Shown: positions 32,567 through 46,700 of the stretch, piece after piece
Layout of the letters: each line of letters opens with the position of its first letter
Numbering within the stretch: the stretch's first letter is position 1
Source: Yuukianura sp. NJ FZ-2021
Taxonomy: Eukaryota
Assembly (NCBI GenBank): GCA_046563655.1
Contig: CM102286.1
Coordinates: 10,478,001-10,542,000, forward strand
Reading direction: 5' to 3'
Length of the DNA stretch: 64,000 nucleotides
Program-made: the position numbers and the translations under genes
The notes under the pieces: generated by a model
What the model was told of the DNA's origin: nothing
What the model saw: only the letters and a program-made list of their open reading frames with translations
Databases searched by the model: none

Positions 32567-34780
32567 GTCTTATAATTGGAGCGCTTCAATAAACAACCAA
32601 TGGTTTAGTGCGTCAAAAATCCGCCTTTTACGTAATTCAGTTTTCAATCCAAAGATTGTGTTGTTAAGGGTCGTCAAACTTAGGCTAAAATCATGGCCGT
32701 ATTCTAGGGCGTAGTTGAAGGCGTAATTTTTCCTGTTACAATTTAATGCTGAAATTAAGCTGCAAACAATTTGAGTAAGAATGTCACGTTACAACTTGGT
32801 GTGCCAGCATTAACCATTCCTTCTTAACCACGAGTCACACAATTAGAATTTCCAGGCAAGTATGCTTCACAGTATAGAATTTTTTTTTAGTGCAAAGGTT
32901 TTATGTGTTGCGTCAGATGGTCTTATAATTGGAGCGCTTCAATAAACAACCAATGGTTCAGTGCGTCAAAAATCCGCCTTTTACGTAATTCAGTTTTCAA
33001 TCCAGAGATTGTGTTGTTAAGGGTCGTCAAACTTAGGCTCAAATCATGACCGTATTCTAGGGCGTAGTTGAAGGCGTAATTTTTCCTGTTACAATTTAAT
33101 GCTGAAATTAAGCTGCAAACAATTTGAGTAAGAATGTCACGTTACAACTCGGTGTACCAGCATTAACCATTCCTTCTTAACCACGAGTCACACAATTAGA
33201 ATTTCCAGGAAAGTTTGCTTCACAGTATAGAAATTTTTTTTAGTGCAAAGGTTTTATGTGTTGCGTCAGATGGTCCTGTAATTGGTGCGCTTCAATAAAC
33301 AACCAATGGTTCAGTGCGTCAAAAATCCGCCTTTTAAGTAATTCAGTTTTCAATCCAAAGATTGTGTTGTTAAGGGTAGTCAAGCTTAGGCTGAAATCAT
33401 GGCCGTATTCTAGAGCGTAGTTGAAGGCGTAATTTTTCAAGTTACAATTTAATGCTGAAATTAAGCTGCAAACAATTTGAGTAAGAATGTCACGTGACAA
33501 CTTGGTGTACCAGCATTAACCATTCCTTCTTAACCACAAGTCACACAATTAGAATTTCCAGGCAAGTATGCTTCACAGTATAGAATTTTTTTTAGTGCAA
33601 ATGTTTTATGTGTTGCGTCAGATGGTCTTATAATTGGAGCGCTTCAATAAACAACCAATGGTTTAGTGCGTCAAAAATCCGCCTTTTAAGTAATTCAGTT
33701 TTCAATCCAAAGATTGTGTTGTTAAGGGTAGTCAAGCTTAGGCTGAAATCATGGCCGTATTCTAGAGCGTAGTTGAAGGCGTAATTTTTCCTGTTACAAT
33801 TTAATGCTGAAATTAAGCTGCAAACAATTTGAATAAGAATGTCACGTTACCACTTGGTGTACCAGCATTAACCATTCCTTCTTAACCTCGAGTCACACAA
33901 TTAGAATTTCCAGGAAAGTTTGCTTCACGGTATAGAAATTTTTTTTAGTGCAAAGGTTTTATGTGTTGCGTCAGATGGTCTTATAATTGGAGCGCTTCAA
34001 TAAACAACCAATGGTTTAGTGCGTCAAAAATCCGCCTTTTAAGTAATTCAGTTTTCAATCCAAAGATTGTGTTGTTAAGGGTCGTCAAGCTTAGACTGAA
34101 ATCATGGCCGTATTCTAGAGCGTAGTTGAAGGCGTAATTTTTCCTGTTACAATTTAATGCTGAAATTAAGCTGCAAACAATTTGAGTAAGAATGTCACGT
34201 TACAACTTGGTGTACCAGCATTAACCATTCCTTCTTAACCACAAGTCACACAATTAGAATTTCCAGGCAAGTATGCTTCACAGTATAGAATTTTTTTTTA
34301 GTGCAAAGGTTTTATGTGTTGCGTCAGATGGTCTTATAATTGGAGCGCTTCAATAAACAACCAATGGTTCAGTGCGTCAAAAATCCGCCTTTTAAGTAAT
34401 TCAGTTTTCAATCCAAAGATTGTGTTAAGTATCGTCAAACTTAGACTGAAATCATGGCCGTATTCTAGAGCGTAGTTGAGGGCGTAATTTTTCCTGTTAC
34501 AATTTAATGCTGAAATTAAGCTACAAACAATTTGAGTAAGAATGTCACGTTACAACTTGGTGTACCAGCATTAACCATTCCTTCTTAACCACAAGTCACA
34601 CAATTAGAATTTCCAGGCAAGTATGCTTCACAGTATAGAAACTTTTTTTAGTGCAAAGGTTTTATGTGTTGCGTCAGATGGTCTTATAATTGGAGCGCTT
34701 CAATAAACAACCAATGGTTCAGTGCGTCAAAAATCCGCCTTTTAAGTAATTCAGTTTTCAATCCAAAGATTGTGTTAAGG
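32567..34780. repeat. 353-bp tandem repeat, about 6.3 copies
   Basis: TATAATTGGAGCGCTTC-like motif at 32571, 32924, 33277, 33629, 33982, 34335 and 34685. Confidence 0.95.
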
Positions 34781-37700
34781 TTCGTATTCACATTGTTGGA
34801 TCAGTGATACGCAGAGTCACTAGTTTTCCGGGTACCTTATCAACAGAAATTTTCTGCTGGACAAAATTCGATGTTTATCGGAGTGTCGATTGCAGCCAAA
34901 AATTTTCCTGTAGGAGAGAGAAGTTAAGGTTCGTATTCACATTGTTGGATCATTGCTACACAAAGTCACTAGTTTTCCGGATACCTTATCAACAGAAATT
35001 ATCTGCTGGACAAAATTTGGTGTTTATCGTAGTGTCGATTGCAGCCAAAAAATTTTCCTGTAGGAGAGAAAAGTTAAGGTTCGCACTCACATTGTTAGAT
35101 CAGTGATACACAGAGTCACTAGTTTTCCGGGTACCTTATCAACAGAAATTTTCTGCTGGACAAAATTCTATGTTTATCGTAGTGTCGGTTGCAGCCAAAA
35201 AATTTTTATGTCGGAGAGAGAACTTAAGGTTCGTATTCAAATTGTTGGATCAGTGATGCGCAGAGTCACTAGTTTTCCGGGTACCTTATCAACAGAAATT
35301 TTCTGCTGGACAAAATTTGATGTTTATCGGAGTGTGAATTGCAGACAAAAAATTTTCCTGTAGGAGAGAGAAGTTAAGGTTCGTATTCACATTGTTGGAT
35401 CATTGCTACATAAAGTCACTAGTTTTCCGGGTACCTTCTCAACAGAAATTTTCTGCTGGACAAGATTCAATAATTATCGGAGTGTGAATTGCAGCCAAAA
35501 AAATTTCCTGTCGGAGAGAAATGTTAAGGTTCGTATTCACATTGTTGGATCAGTGATACGCGGAGTCACTAGTTTTCCGGGTACTTTATCAAAAGAAATT
35601 TTCTGCTGAACAAAATTCGATGTTTATCGTAGTGTGAATTGCAGCCAAAAAATTTTCTTGTAGGAGAGAGAAGTTAAGGTTCGTATTCACATTGTTGGAT
35701 CAGTGGTACGCAGAGTCACTAGTTTTCCGGGTACCTTATCAACAGAAATTTTCTGCTGGACAAAATTTTATGTTTATCGCAGTGTCGATTGCAGCCAAAA
35801 AATTTTTATGTCGGAGAGAGAACTTAAGGTTCGTATTCAAATTGTTGGATCAGTGATGCGCAGAGTCACTAGTTTTCCGGGTACCTTATCAACAGAAATT
35901 TTCTGCTGGACAAAATTTGATGTTTATCGGAGTGTGAATTGCAGACAAAAAATTTTCCTGTAGGAGAGAGAAGTTAAGGTTCGTATTCACATTGTTGGAT
36001 CATTGCTACATAAAGTCACTAGTTTTCCGGGTACCTTCTCAACAGAAATTTTCTGCTGGACAAGATTCAATAATTATCGGAGTGTGAATTGCAGCCAAAA
36101 AAATTTCCTGTCGGAGAGAAATGTTAAGGTTCGTATTCACATTGTTGGATCAGTGATACGCGGAGTCACTAGTTTTCCGGGTACTTTATCAAAAGAAATT
36201 TTCTGCTGAACAAAATTCGATGTTTATCGTAGTGTGAATTGCAGCCAAAAAATTTTCCTGTGGAAGAGAGAAGTTAAGGTTCGTACTCACATTCTTGGAT
36301 CAGTGATACGCAGAGTCACTAGTTTTCCGGGTACCTTATCAACAGAAATTATCTGCTGGACAAAATTTGGTGTTTATCGTAGTGTTGATTGCAGCCAAAA
36401 AATTTTCCTGTGGAAGAGAGAAGTTAAGGTTCGTACTCACATTCTTGGATCAGTGATACGCAGAGTCACTAGTTTTCCGGGTACCTTATCAACAGAAATT
36501 ATCTGCTGGACAAAATTCGATGTTTATCCCATTGTCGGTTGCAGCCAAAAAATTTTTCTGAGGGAGAGAGAAGTTAAGGTTCGCACTCACATTGTTAGAT
36601 CAGTGATACACAGAGTCACTAGTGTTCCGGGTACCTTATCAACAGAAATTCTCTGCTGGACAAAATTGGATGTTTATCGGAGTGTGAATTGCAGACAAAA
36701 AATTTTCCTGTAGGAGAGAGAAGTTAAGGTTCGTATTCACATTGTTGGATCATTGCTACATAAAGTCACTAGTTTTCCGGGTACCTTATCAACAGAAATT
36801 TTCTGCTGGACAAGATTTAATGATTATCGGAGTGTGAATTGCAGCCAAAAAAATTTCCTGTCGGAGAGAGATGTTAAGGTTCGTATTCACATTGTTGGAT
36901 CAGTGATACGCAGAGTCACTAGTTTTCCGGGTAACTTATCAACAGAAGTTATCTGCTGGACAAAATTTGTTGTTTACAGTAGTCTCAATTGCAGCCGCAG
37001 AATTTTCTTGTGGGAGAGAGAAGTTAAGGTTCGTACTCACATTGTTAGATCAGTGATACACAGAGTCACTAGTTTTCGGGGTACCTTATCAACAGAAATT
37101 TTCTGCTGGACAAAAGTCGATGTTACTCAGTGTTTCCAATTGGCATCTAATTAACGAAATTATGATCAGAACATAGTTACGTTGTTACACTTCAGACTCC
37201 TTCAGCGCCACTGCAAAGGTCTCACTTGCTTGCATCTTTTTTACTCCTGTTGCCGCTTTTAATTACGACGTTCAACACACAACGATGATTTTATATAGCG
37301 GTCAGCTCTCAATTCCATTGAAATTTTTGTGTCTACAATGTAATCCTTACATCAGCCACTACAAATTTCCAATTGGCATCTAATTAACGAAATTAGGATT
37401 AGAAAATAGTTACGTTGTTATACTTCACACTCTTTCAGAGCCATAGCAAAGGTCTCACTTGCGTTTATCTGGTTTACTCCTATTGCCGCTTTTAATTACG
37501 ACGTTCAACAGACAACGATGATTTTATATGGCGGTCAACTCTCAATTCCATTGAAATTTTTGTGTCTACAATGCAATCCTTACCTGCGCCAATACAAATT
37601 TCTAATTGGCATCGGATTAACGAAATAAATTTTCCCTTAGGAGAGGGAAGTTAAGGTTCGTATTCACATTGTTGGATCAGTGATACGCAGAGTCACTAGT

Positions 37701-40700
37701 TTTCCGGGTACCTTATCAACAGAAATTTTCTGCTGGACAAAATTCGATGTTTATCGTAGTGTCGGTTGCAGCCAAAAAATTTTTCTGAGGGAGAGAGAAG
37801 TTAAGGTTCGCACTCACATTGTTAGATCAGTGATGCGCAGAGTCACTAGTTTTCCGGGTACCTTATCAACAGAAATTTTCTGCTGGACAAAATTTGATGT
37901 TTATCGGAGTGTGAATTGCAGACAAAAAATTTTCCTGTAGGAGAGAGAAGTTAAGGTTCGTATTCACATTGTTGGATCATTGCTACATAAAGTCACTAGT
38001 TTTCCGGGTACCTTCTCAACAGAAATTTTCTGCTGGACAAGATTCGATGTTGATCGGAGTGTGAATTGCAGCCAAAAAAGTTTCCTATAGGAGAGAGAAG
38101 TTAAGGTTTGTATTCACATTGTTGGATCAGTGATACGCAGAGTCACTAGTTTTCCGGGTACCTTATCAACAGCAATTATCTGCTGGACAAAATTTGATGT
38201 TTATCGGAGTGTCGATTGCAGCCAAAAATTTTCCTGTGGGAGAGAGAAGTTAAGGTTCGTATTCAAATTGTTGGATCATTGCTACACAAAGTCACTAGTT
38301 TTCGGGGTACCTTATCAACAGAAATTTTCTGCTGGACAAAAGTCGATGTTACTCAGTGTTTCCAATTGGCATCTAATTAACGAAATTATGTTCAGAACAT
38401 AGTTACGTTGTTACACTTCAGACTCCTTCAGCGCCACTGCAAAGGTCTCACTTGCTTGCATCTTTTTTACTCCTGTTGCCGCTTTTAATTACGACGTTCA
38501 ACAGACAACGATGATTTTATATAGCGGTCAGCTCTCAATTCCATTGAAATTTTTGTGTCTACAATGTAATCCTTACATCAGCCACTACAAATTTCCAATT
38601 GGCATCTAATTAACGAAATTAGGATTAGAAAATAGTTACGTTGTTATACTTCACACTCTTTCAGAGCCATAGCAAAGGTCTCACTTGCGTTTATCTGGTT
38701 TACTCCTATTGCCGCTTTTAATTACGACGTTCAACAGACAACGATGATTCTATATGGCGGTCAACTCTCAATTCCATTGAAATTTTTGTGTCTACAATGC
38801 AATCCTTACCTGCGCCAATACAAATTTCTAATTGGCGTCGGATTAACGAAAAAAATTTTCCCTTAGGAGAGGGAAGTTAAGGTTCGTATTCAAATTGGAT
38901 CGTTGATACACAGAGTCACTAGTTCTCCAGGTACCTTATCGACAGAAATTTTCTGCTGGACAACATTCGATGTTTATCGCAGTGTCAATTGCAGCCAAAA
39001 ATTTTCCTGTGGGAGAGAGAAGTTAACGTTCGTATTCAAATTGTTGGATCATTGCTACAGAAAGCCACTAGTTTTCCGGGTACCTTCTCAACAGAAATTT
39101 TCTGCTGGACAAGATTCAATGATTATCGGAGTGTGAATTGCAGCCAAAAAAATTTCCTGTCGGAGAGAGATGTTAAGGTTCGTATTCACATTGTTGGATC
39201 AGTGATACGCAGAGTCACTAGTTTTCCGGGTACCTTATCAACAGCAATTATCTGCTGGACAAAATTTGATGTTTATCGGAGTGTCGATTGCAGCCAAAAA
39301 TTTTCCTGTGGGAGAGAGAAGTTAATGTTCGTATTCAAATTGTTGGATCATTGCTACACAAAGTCACTAGTTTTCGGGGTACCTTATCAACAGAAATTTT
39401 CTGCTGGACAAAAGTCGATGTTACTCAGTGTTTCCAATTGGCATCTAATTTACGAAATTATGATCAGAACATAGTTACGTTGTTACACTTCAGACTCCTT
39501 CAGCGCCACTGCAAAGGTCTCACTTGCTTGCATCTTTTTTACTCCTGTTGCCGCTTTTAATTACGACGTTCAACACACAACGATGATTTTATATAGCGGT
39601 CAGCTCTCAATTCCATTGAAATTTTTGTGTCTACAATGTAATCCTTACCTGCGCCAATACAAATTTCCAATTGGCATCTAATTAACGAAATTAGGATTAG
39701 AAAATAGTTACGTTGTTATACTTCACACTCTTTCAGAGCCATAGCAAAGGTCTCACTTGCGTTTATCTGGTTTACTCCTATTGCCGCTTTTAATTACGAC
39801 GTTCAACAGACAACGATGATTTTATATGGCGGTCAACTCTCAATTCCATTGAAATTTTTGTGTCTACAATGCAATCCTTACCTGCGCCAATACAAATTTC
39901 TAATTGGCATCGGATTAACGAAATAAATTTTCCCTTAGGAGAGGGAAGTTAAGGTTCGTATTCAAATTGGATCGTTGATACACAGAGTCACTAGTTCTCA
40001 AGGTACCTTATCGACAGAAATTTTCTGCTGGACAACATTCGATGTTTATCGCAGTGTCAATTGCAGCCAAAAAATTTTCCTGTGGGAGAGAGAAGTTAAC
40101 GTTAGTATTCAAATTGTTGGATCATTGCTACACAAAGCCACTAGTTTTCCGGGTACCTTATCAACAGAAATTTTCTGCTGGACAAAATTTGATGTTTATC
40201 GGAGTGTGAATTGCAGACAAAAAATTTTCCTGTAGGAGAGAGAAGTTAAGGTTCGTATTCACATTGTTGGATCATTGCTACATAAAGTCACTAGTTTTCC
40301 GGGTACCTTCTCAACAGAAATTTTCTGCTGGACAAGATTCAATGATTATCGGAGTGTGAATTGCAGCCAAAAAAATTTCCTGTCGGAGAGAGATGTTAAG
40401 GTTCGTATTCACATTGTTGGATCATTGCTACATAAAGTCACTAGTTTTCCGGGTACCTTCTCAACAGAAATTTTCTGCTGGACAAGATTCAATGATTATC
40501 GGAGTGTGAATTGCAGCCAAAAAAATTTCCTGTCGGAGAGAGATGTTAAGGTTCGTATTCACATTGTTGGATCAGTGATACGCAGAGTCACTAGTTTTCC
40601 GGGTACCTTATCAACAGAAATTTTCTGCTGGACAAAAGTCGATGTTACTCAGTGTTTCCAATTGGCATCTAGTTAACGAAATTATGATCAGAACATAGTT

Positions 40701-43700
40701 ACGTTGTTACACTTCAGACTCCTTCAGCGCCACTGCAAAGGTCTCACTTGCTTGCATCTTTTTTACTCCTGTTGCCGCTTTTAATTACGACGTTCAACAC
40801 ACAACGATGATTTTATATAGCGGTCAGCTCTCAATTCCATTGAAATTTTTGTGTCTACAATGTAATCCTTACATCAGCCACTACACATTTCCAATTGGCA
40901 TCTAATTAACGAAATTAGGATTAGAAAATAGTTACGTTGTTATACTTCACACTCTTTCAGAGCCATAGCAAAGGTCTCACTTGCGTTTATCTGGTTTACT
41001 CCTATTGCCGCTTTTAATTACGACGTTCAACAGACAACGATGATTTTATATGGCGGTCAACTCTCAATTCCATTGAAATTTTTGTGTCTACAATGCAATC
41101 CTTACCTGCGCCAATACAAATTTCTAATTGGCATCGGATTAACGAAATAAATTTTCCCTTAGGAGAGGGAAGTTAAGGTTCGTATTCAAATTGGATCGTT
41201 GATACACAGAGTCACTAGTTCTCAAGGTACCTTATCGACAGAAATTTTCTGCTGGACAAAATTCGATGTTTATCCCTTTGTCAATTGCAGCCAAAAAATT
41301 TTCCTGTAGGAGAGAAAAGTTAAGGTTCGCACTCACATTGTTAGATCAGTGATACACAGAGTCACTAGTTTTCCGGGTACCTTATCAACAGAAATTATCT
41401 GCTGGACAAAATTCGATGTTTATCGGAGTGTCGATTGCAGCCAAAACATTTTTCTGAGGGAGAGAGAAGTTAAGGTTCGTATTCAAATTGTTGGATCATT
41501 GCTACACAAAGCCACTAGTTTTCCGGGTACCTTATCAACAGAAATTTTCTGCTGGACAAACTTTGATGTTTATCGGAGTGTGAATTGCAGACAAAAAATT
41601 TTCCTGTAGGAGAGAGAAGTTAAGGTTCGTATTCACATTGTTGGATCAGTGATACGCAGAGTCACTAGTTTTCCGGGTAACTTATCAACAGAAGTTATCT
41701 GCTGGACAAAATTTTATGTTTATCGTAGTGTCGGTTGCAGCCAAAAAATTTTTCTGAGGGAGAGAGAAGTTAAGGTTCGTACTCACATTCTTGGATCAGT
41801 GATACGCAGACTCACTAGTTTTCCGGGTACCTTATCAACAGAAATTTTCTGCTGGACAAAATTTGATGTTTATCGGAGTGTGAATTGCAGACAAAAAATT
41901 TTCCTGTAGGAGAGAGAAGTTAAGGTTCGTATTCACATTGTTGGATCATTGCTACATAAAGTCACTAGTTTTCCGGGTACCTTCTCAACAGAAATTTTCT
42001 GCTGGACAAGATTCAATGATTATCGGAGTGTGAATTGCAACCAAAAAATTTTTTGTCGGAGAGAGATGTTAAGGTTCGTATTCACATTGTTGGATCAGTG
42101 ATACGCAGAGTCACTAGTTTTCCGGGTACCTTATCAACAGAAATTATCTGCTGGACAAAATTTGATGTTTATCGGAGTGTCGATTGCAGCCAAAAATTTT
42201 CCTGTGGGAGAGAGAAGTTAAGGTTCGTATTCACATTCTTGGATCATTGCTACACAAAGTCACTAGTTTTCCAGGTACCTTATCAACAGAAATTTTCTGC
42301 TGGACAAAATTTGATGTTTATCGGAGTGTGAATTGCAGACAAAAAATTTTCCTGTAGGAGAGAGAAGTTAAGGTTCGTATTCACATTGTTGGATCATTGC
42401 TACATAAAGTCACTAGTTTTCCGGGTACCTTCTCAACAGAAATTTTCTGCTGGACAAGATTCAATGATTATCGGAGTGTGAATTGCAGCCAAAAAAATTT
42501 CCTGTCGGAGAGAGATGTTAAGGTTCGTATTCACATTGTTGGATCAGTGATACGCAGAGTCACTAGTTTTCCGGGTACCTTATCAACAGCAATTATCTGC
42601 TGGACAAAATTTGATGTTTATCGGAGTGTCGATTGCAGCCAAAAATTTTCCTGTGGGAGAGAGAAGTTAAGGTTCGTATTCAAATTGTTGGATCATTGCT
42701 ACATAAAGTCACTAGTTTTCCGGGTACCTTCTCAACAGAAATTTTCTGCTGGACAAGATTCAATGATTATCGGAGTGTGAATTGCAGCCAAAAAAATTTC
42801 CTGTCGGAGAGAGATGTTAAGGTTCGTATTCACATTGTTGGATCAGTGATACGCAGAGTCACTAGTTTTCCGGGTACCTTATCAACAGCAATTATCTGCT
42901 GGACAAAATTTGATGTTTATCGGAGTGTCGATTGCAGCCAAAAATTTTCCTGTGGGAGAGAGAAGTTAAGGTTCGTATTCACATTCTTGGATCATTGCTA
43001 CACAAAGTCACTAGTTTTCGGGGTACCTTATCAACAGAAATTTTCTGCTGGACAAAATTTGATGTTTATCGGAGTGTGAATTGCAGACAAAAAATTTTCC
43101 TGTAGGAGAGAGAAGTTAAGGTTCGTATTCACATTGTTGGATCATTGCTACATAAAGTCACTAGTTTTCCGGGTACCTTCTCAACAGAAATTTTCTGCTG
43201 GACAAGATTCAATGATTATCGGAGTGTGAATTGCAACCAAAAAATTTTTTGTAGGAGAGAGAAGTTAAGGTTCGTATTCACATTGTTGGATCAGTGATAC
43301 GCAGAGTCACTAGTTTTCCGGGTACCTTATCAACAGCAATTATCTGCTGGACAAAATTTGATGTTTATCGGAGTGTCGATTGCAGCCAAAAAATTTTCCT
43401 GTAGGAGAGAGAAGTTAAGGTTCGTATTCACATTGTTGGATCATTGCTACATAAAGTCACTAGTTTTCCGGGTACCTTCTCAACAGAAATTTTCTGCTGG
43501 ACAAGATTCAATGATTATCGGAGTGTGAATTGCAACCAAAAAATTTTTTGTCGGAGAGAGATGTTAAGGTTCGTATTCACATTGTTGGATCAGTGATACG
43601 CAGAGTCACTAGTTTTCCGGGTACCTTATCAACAGCAATTATCTGCTGGACAAAATTTGATGTTTATCGGAGTGTCGATTGCAGCCAAAAATTTTCCTGT

Positions 43701-46700
43701 GGGAGAGAGAAGTTAAGGTTCGTATTCAAATTGTTGGATCATTGCTACATAAAGTCACTAGTTTTCCGGGTACCTTCTCAACAGAAATTTTCTGCTGGAC
43801 AAGATTCAATGATTATCGGAGTGTGAATTGCAGCCAAAAAAATTTCCTGTCGGAGAGAGATGTTAAGGTTCGTATTCACATTGTTGGATCAGTGATACGC
43901 AGAGTCACTAGTTTTCCGGGTACCTTATCAACAGAAATTTTCTGCTGGACAAAATTTGATGTTTATCGGAGTGTGAATTGCAGCCAAAAAATTTTCCTGT
44001 GGAAGAGAGAAGTTAAGGTTCGTATTCACATTGTTGGATCATTGCTACATAAAGTCACTAGTTTTCCGGGTACCTTCTCAACAGAAATTTTCTGCTGGAC
44101 AAGATTCAATGATTATCGCAGTGTCGATTGCAGCCAAAAAATTTTTATGTCGGAGAGAGAAGTTAAGGTTCGTATTCAAATTGTTGGATCAGTGATGCGC
44201 AGAGTCACTAGTGTTCCGGGTACCTTATCAACAGAAATTCTCTGCTGGACAAAATTGGATGTTTATCGGAGTGTGAATTGCAGCCGCAGAATGATTCCTG
44301 TAGGAGAGAGAAGTTAAGGTTCGTATTCACATTGTTGGATCATTGCTACACAAAGTCACTAGTTTTCCGGATACCTTATCAACAGAAATTATCTGCTGGA
44401 CAAAATTCGATGTTACTCAGTGTTTCCAATTGGCATCTAATTAACGAAATTATGATCAGAACATAGTTACGTTGTTACACTTCAGACTCCTTCAGCGCCA
44501 CTGCAAAGGTCTCACTTGCTTGCATCTTTTTTACTCCTGTTGCCGCTTTTAATTACGACGTTCAACACACAACGATGATTTTATATAGCGGTCAGCTCTC
44601 AATTCCATTGAAATTTTTGTGTCTACAATGTAATCCTTACCTGCGCCAATACAAATTTCCAATTGGCATCTAATTAACGAAATTAGGATTAGAAAATAGT
44701 TACGTTGTTATACTTCACACTCTTTCAGAGCCATAGCAAAGGTCTCACTTGCGTTTATCTGGTTTACTCCTATTGCCGCTTTTAATTACGACGTTCAACA
44801 GACAACGATGATTTTATATGGCGGTCAACTCTCAATTCCATTGAAATTTTTGTGTCTACAATGCAATCCTTACCTGCGCCAATACAAATTTCTAATTGGC
44901 ATCGGATTAACGAAATAAATTTTCCCTTAGGAGAGGGAAGTTAAGGTTCGTATTCAAATTGGATCGTTGATACACAGAGTCACTAGTTCTCAAGGTACCT
45001 TATCGACAGAAATTTTCTGCTGGACAACATTCGATGTTTATCGCAGTGTCAATTGCAGCCAAAAAATTTTCCTGTGGGAGAGAGAAGTTAACGTTCGTAT
45101 TCAAATTGTTGGATCATTGCTACACAAAGCCACTAGTTTTCCGGGTACCTTATCAACAGAAATTTTCTGCTGGACAAACTTTGATGTTTATCGGAGTGTG
45201 AATTGCAGCCAAAAAATTTTCCTGTAGGAGAGAGAAGTTAAGGTTCGTATTCACATTGTTGGATCAGTGATACGCAGAGTCACTAGTTTTCCGGGTACCT
45301 TATCAACAGAAATTTTCTGCTGGACAAAATTCGATGTTTATCCCATTGTCGGTTGCAGCCAAAAAATTTTTCTGAGGGAGAGAGAAGTTAAGGTTCGTAC
45401 TCACATTCTTGGATCAGTGATACGCAGACTCACTAGTTTTCCGGGTACCTTATCAACAGAAATTTTCTGCTGGACAAAATTTGATGTTTATCGGAGTGTG
45501 AATTGCAGACAAAAAATTTTCCTGTAGGAGAGAGAAGTTAAGGTTCGTATTCACATTGTTGGATCATTGCTACATAAAGTCACTAGTTTTCCGGGTACCT
45601 TCTCAACAGAAATTTTCTGCTGGACAAGATTCAATGATTATCGGAGTGTGAATTGCAGCCAAAAAAATTTCCTGTCGGAGAGAGATGTTAAGGTTCGTAT
45701 TCACATTGTTGGATCAGTGATACGCAGAGTCACTAGTTTTCCGGGTACCTTATCAACAGCAATTATCTGCTGGACAAAATTTGATGTTTATCGGAGTGTC
45801 GATTGCAGCCAAAAATTTTCCTGTGGGAGAGAGAAGTTAAGGTTCGTATTCAAATTGTTGGATCATTGCTACACAAAGTCACTAGTTTTCGGGGTACCTT
45901 ATCAACAGAAATTTTCTGCTGGACAAAAGTCGATGTTACTCAGTGTTTCCAATTGGCATCTAATTAACGAAATTATGATCAGAACATAGTTACGTTGTTA
46001 CACTTCAGACTCCTTCAGCGCCACTGCAAAGGTCTCACTTGCTTGCATCTTTTTTACTCCTGTTGCCGCTTTTAATTACGACGTTCAACACACAACGATG
46101 ATTTTATATAGCGGTCAGCTCTCAATTCCATTGAAATTTTTGTGTCTACAATGTAATCCTTACATCAGCCACTACAAATTTCCAATTGGCATCTAATTAA
46201 CGAAATTAGGATTAGAAAATAGTTACGTTGTTATACTTCACACTCTTTCAGAGCCATAGCAAAGGTCTCACTTGCGTTTATCTGGTTTACTCCTATTGCC
46301 GCTTTTAATTACGACGTTCAACAGACAACGATGATTTTATATGGCGGTCAACTCTCAATTCCATTGAAATTTTTGTGTCTACAATGCAATCCTTACCTGC
46401 GCCAATACAAATTTCTAATTGGCGTCGGATTAACGAAAAAAATTTTCCCTTAGGAGAGGGAAGTTAAGGTTCGTATTCAAATTGGATCGTTGATACACAG
46501 AGTCACTAGTTCTCCAGGTACCTTATCGACAGAAATTTTCTGCTGGACAACATTCGATGTTTATCGCAGTGTCAATTGCAGCCAAAAAATTTTCCCGTCG
46601 GAGAGAGATGTTAAGGTTCGTATTCACATTCTTGGATCAGTGATACGCAGAGTCACTAGTTTTCCGGGTACCTTATCAACAGAAATTTTCTGCTGGACAA

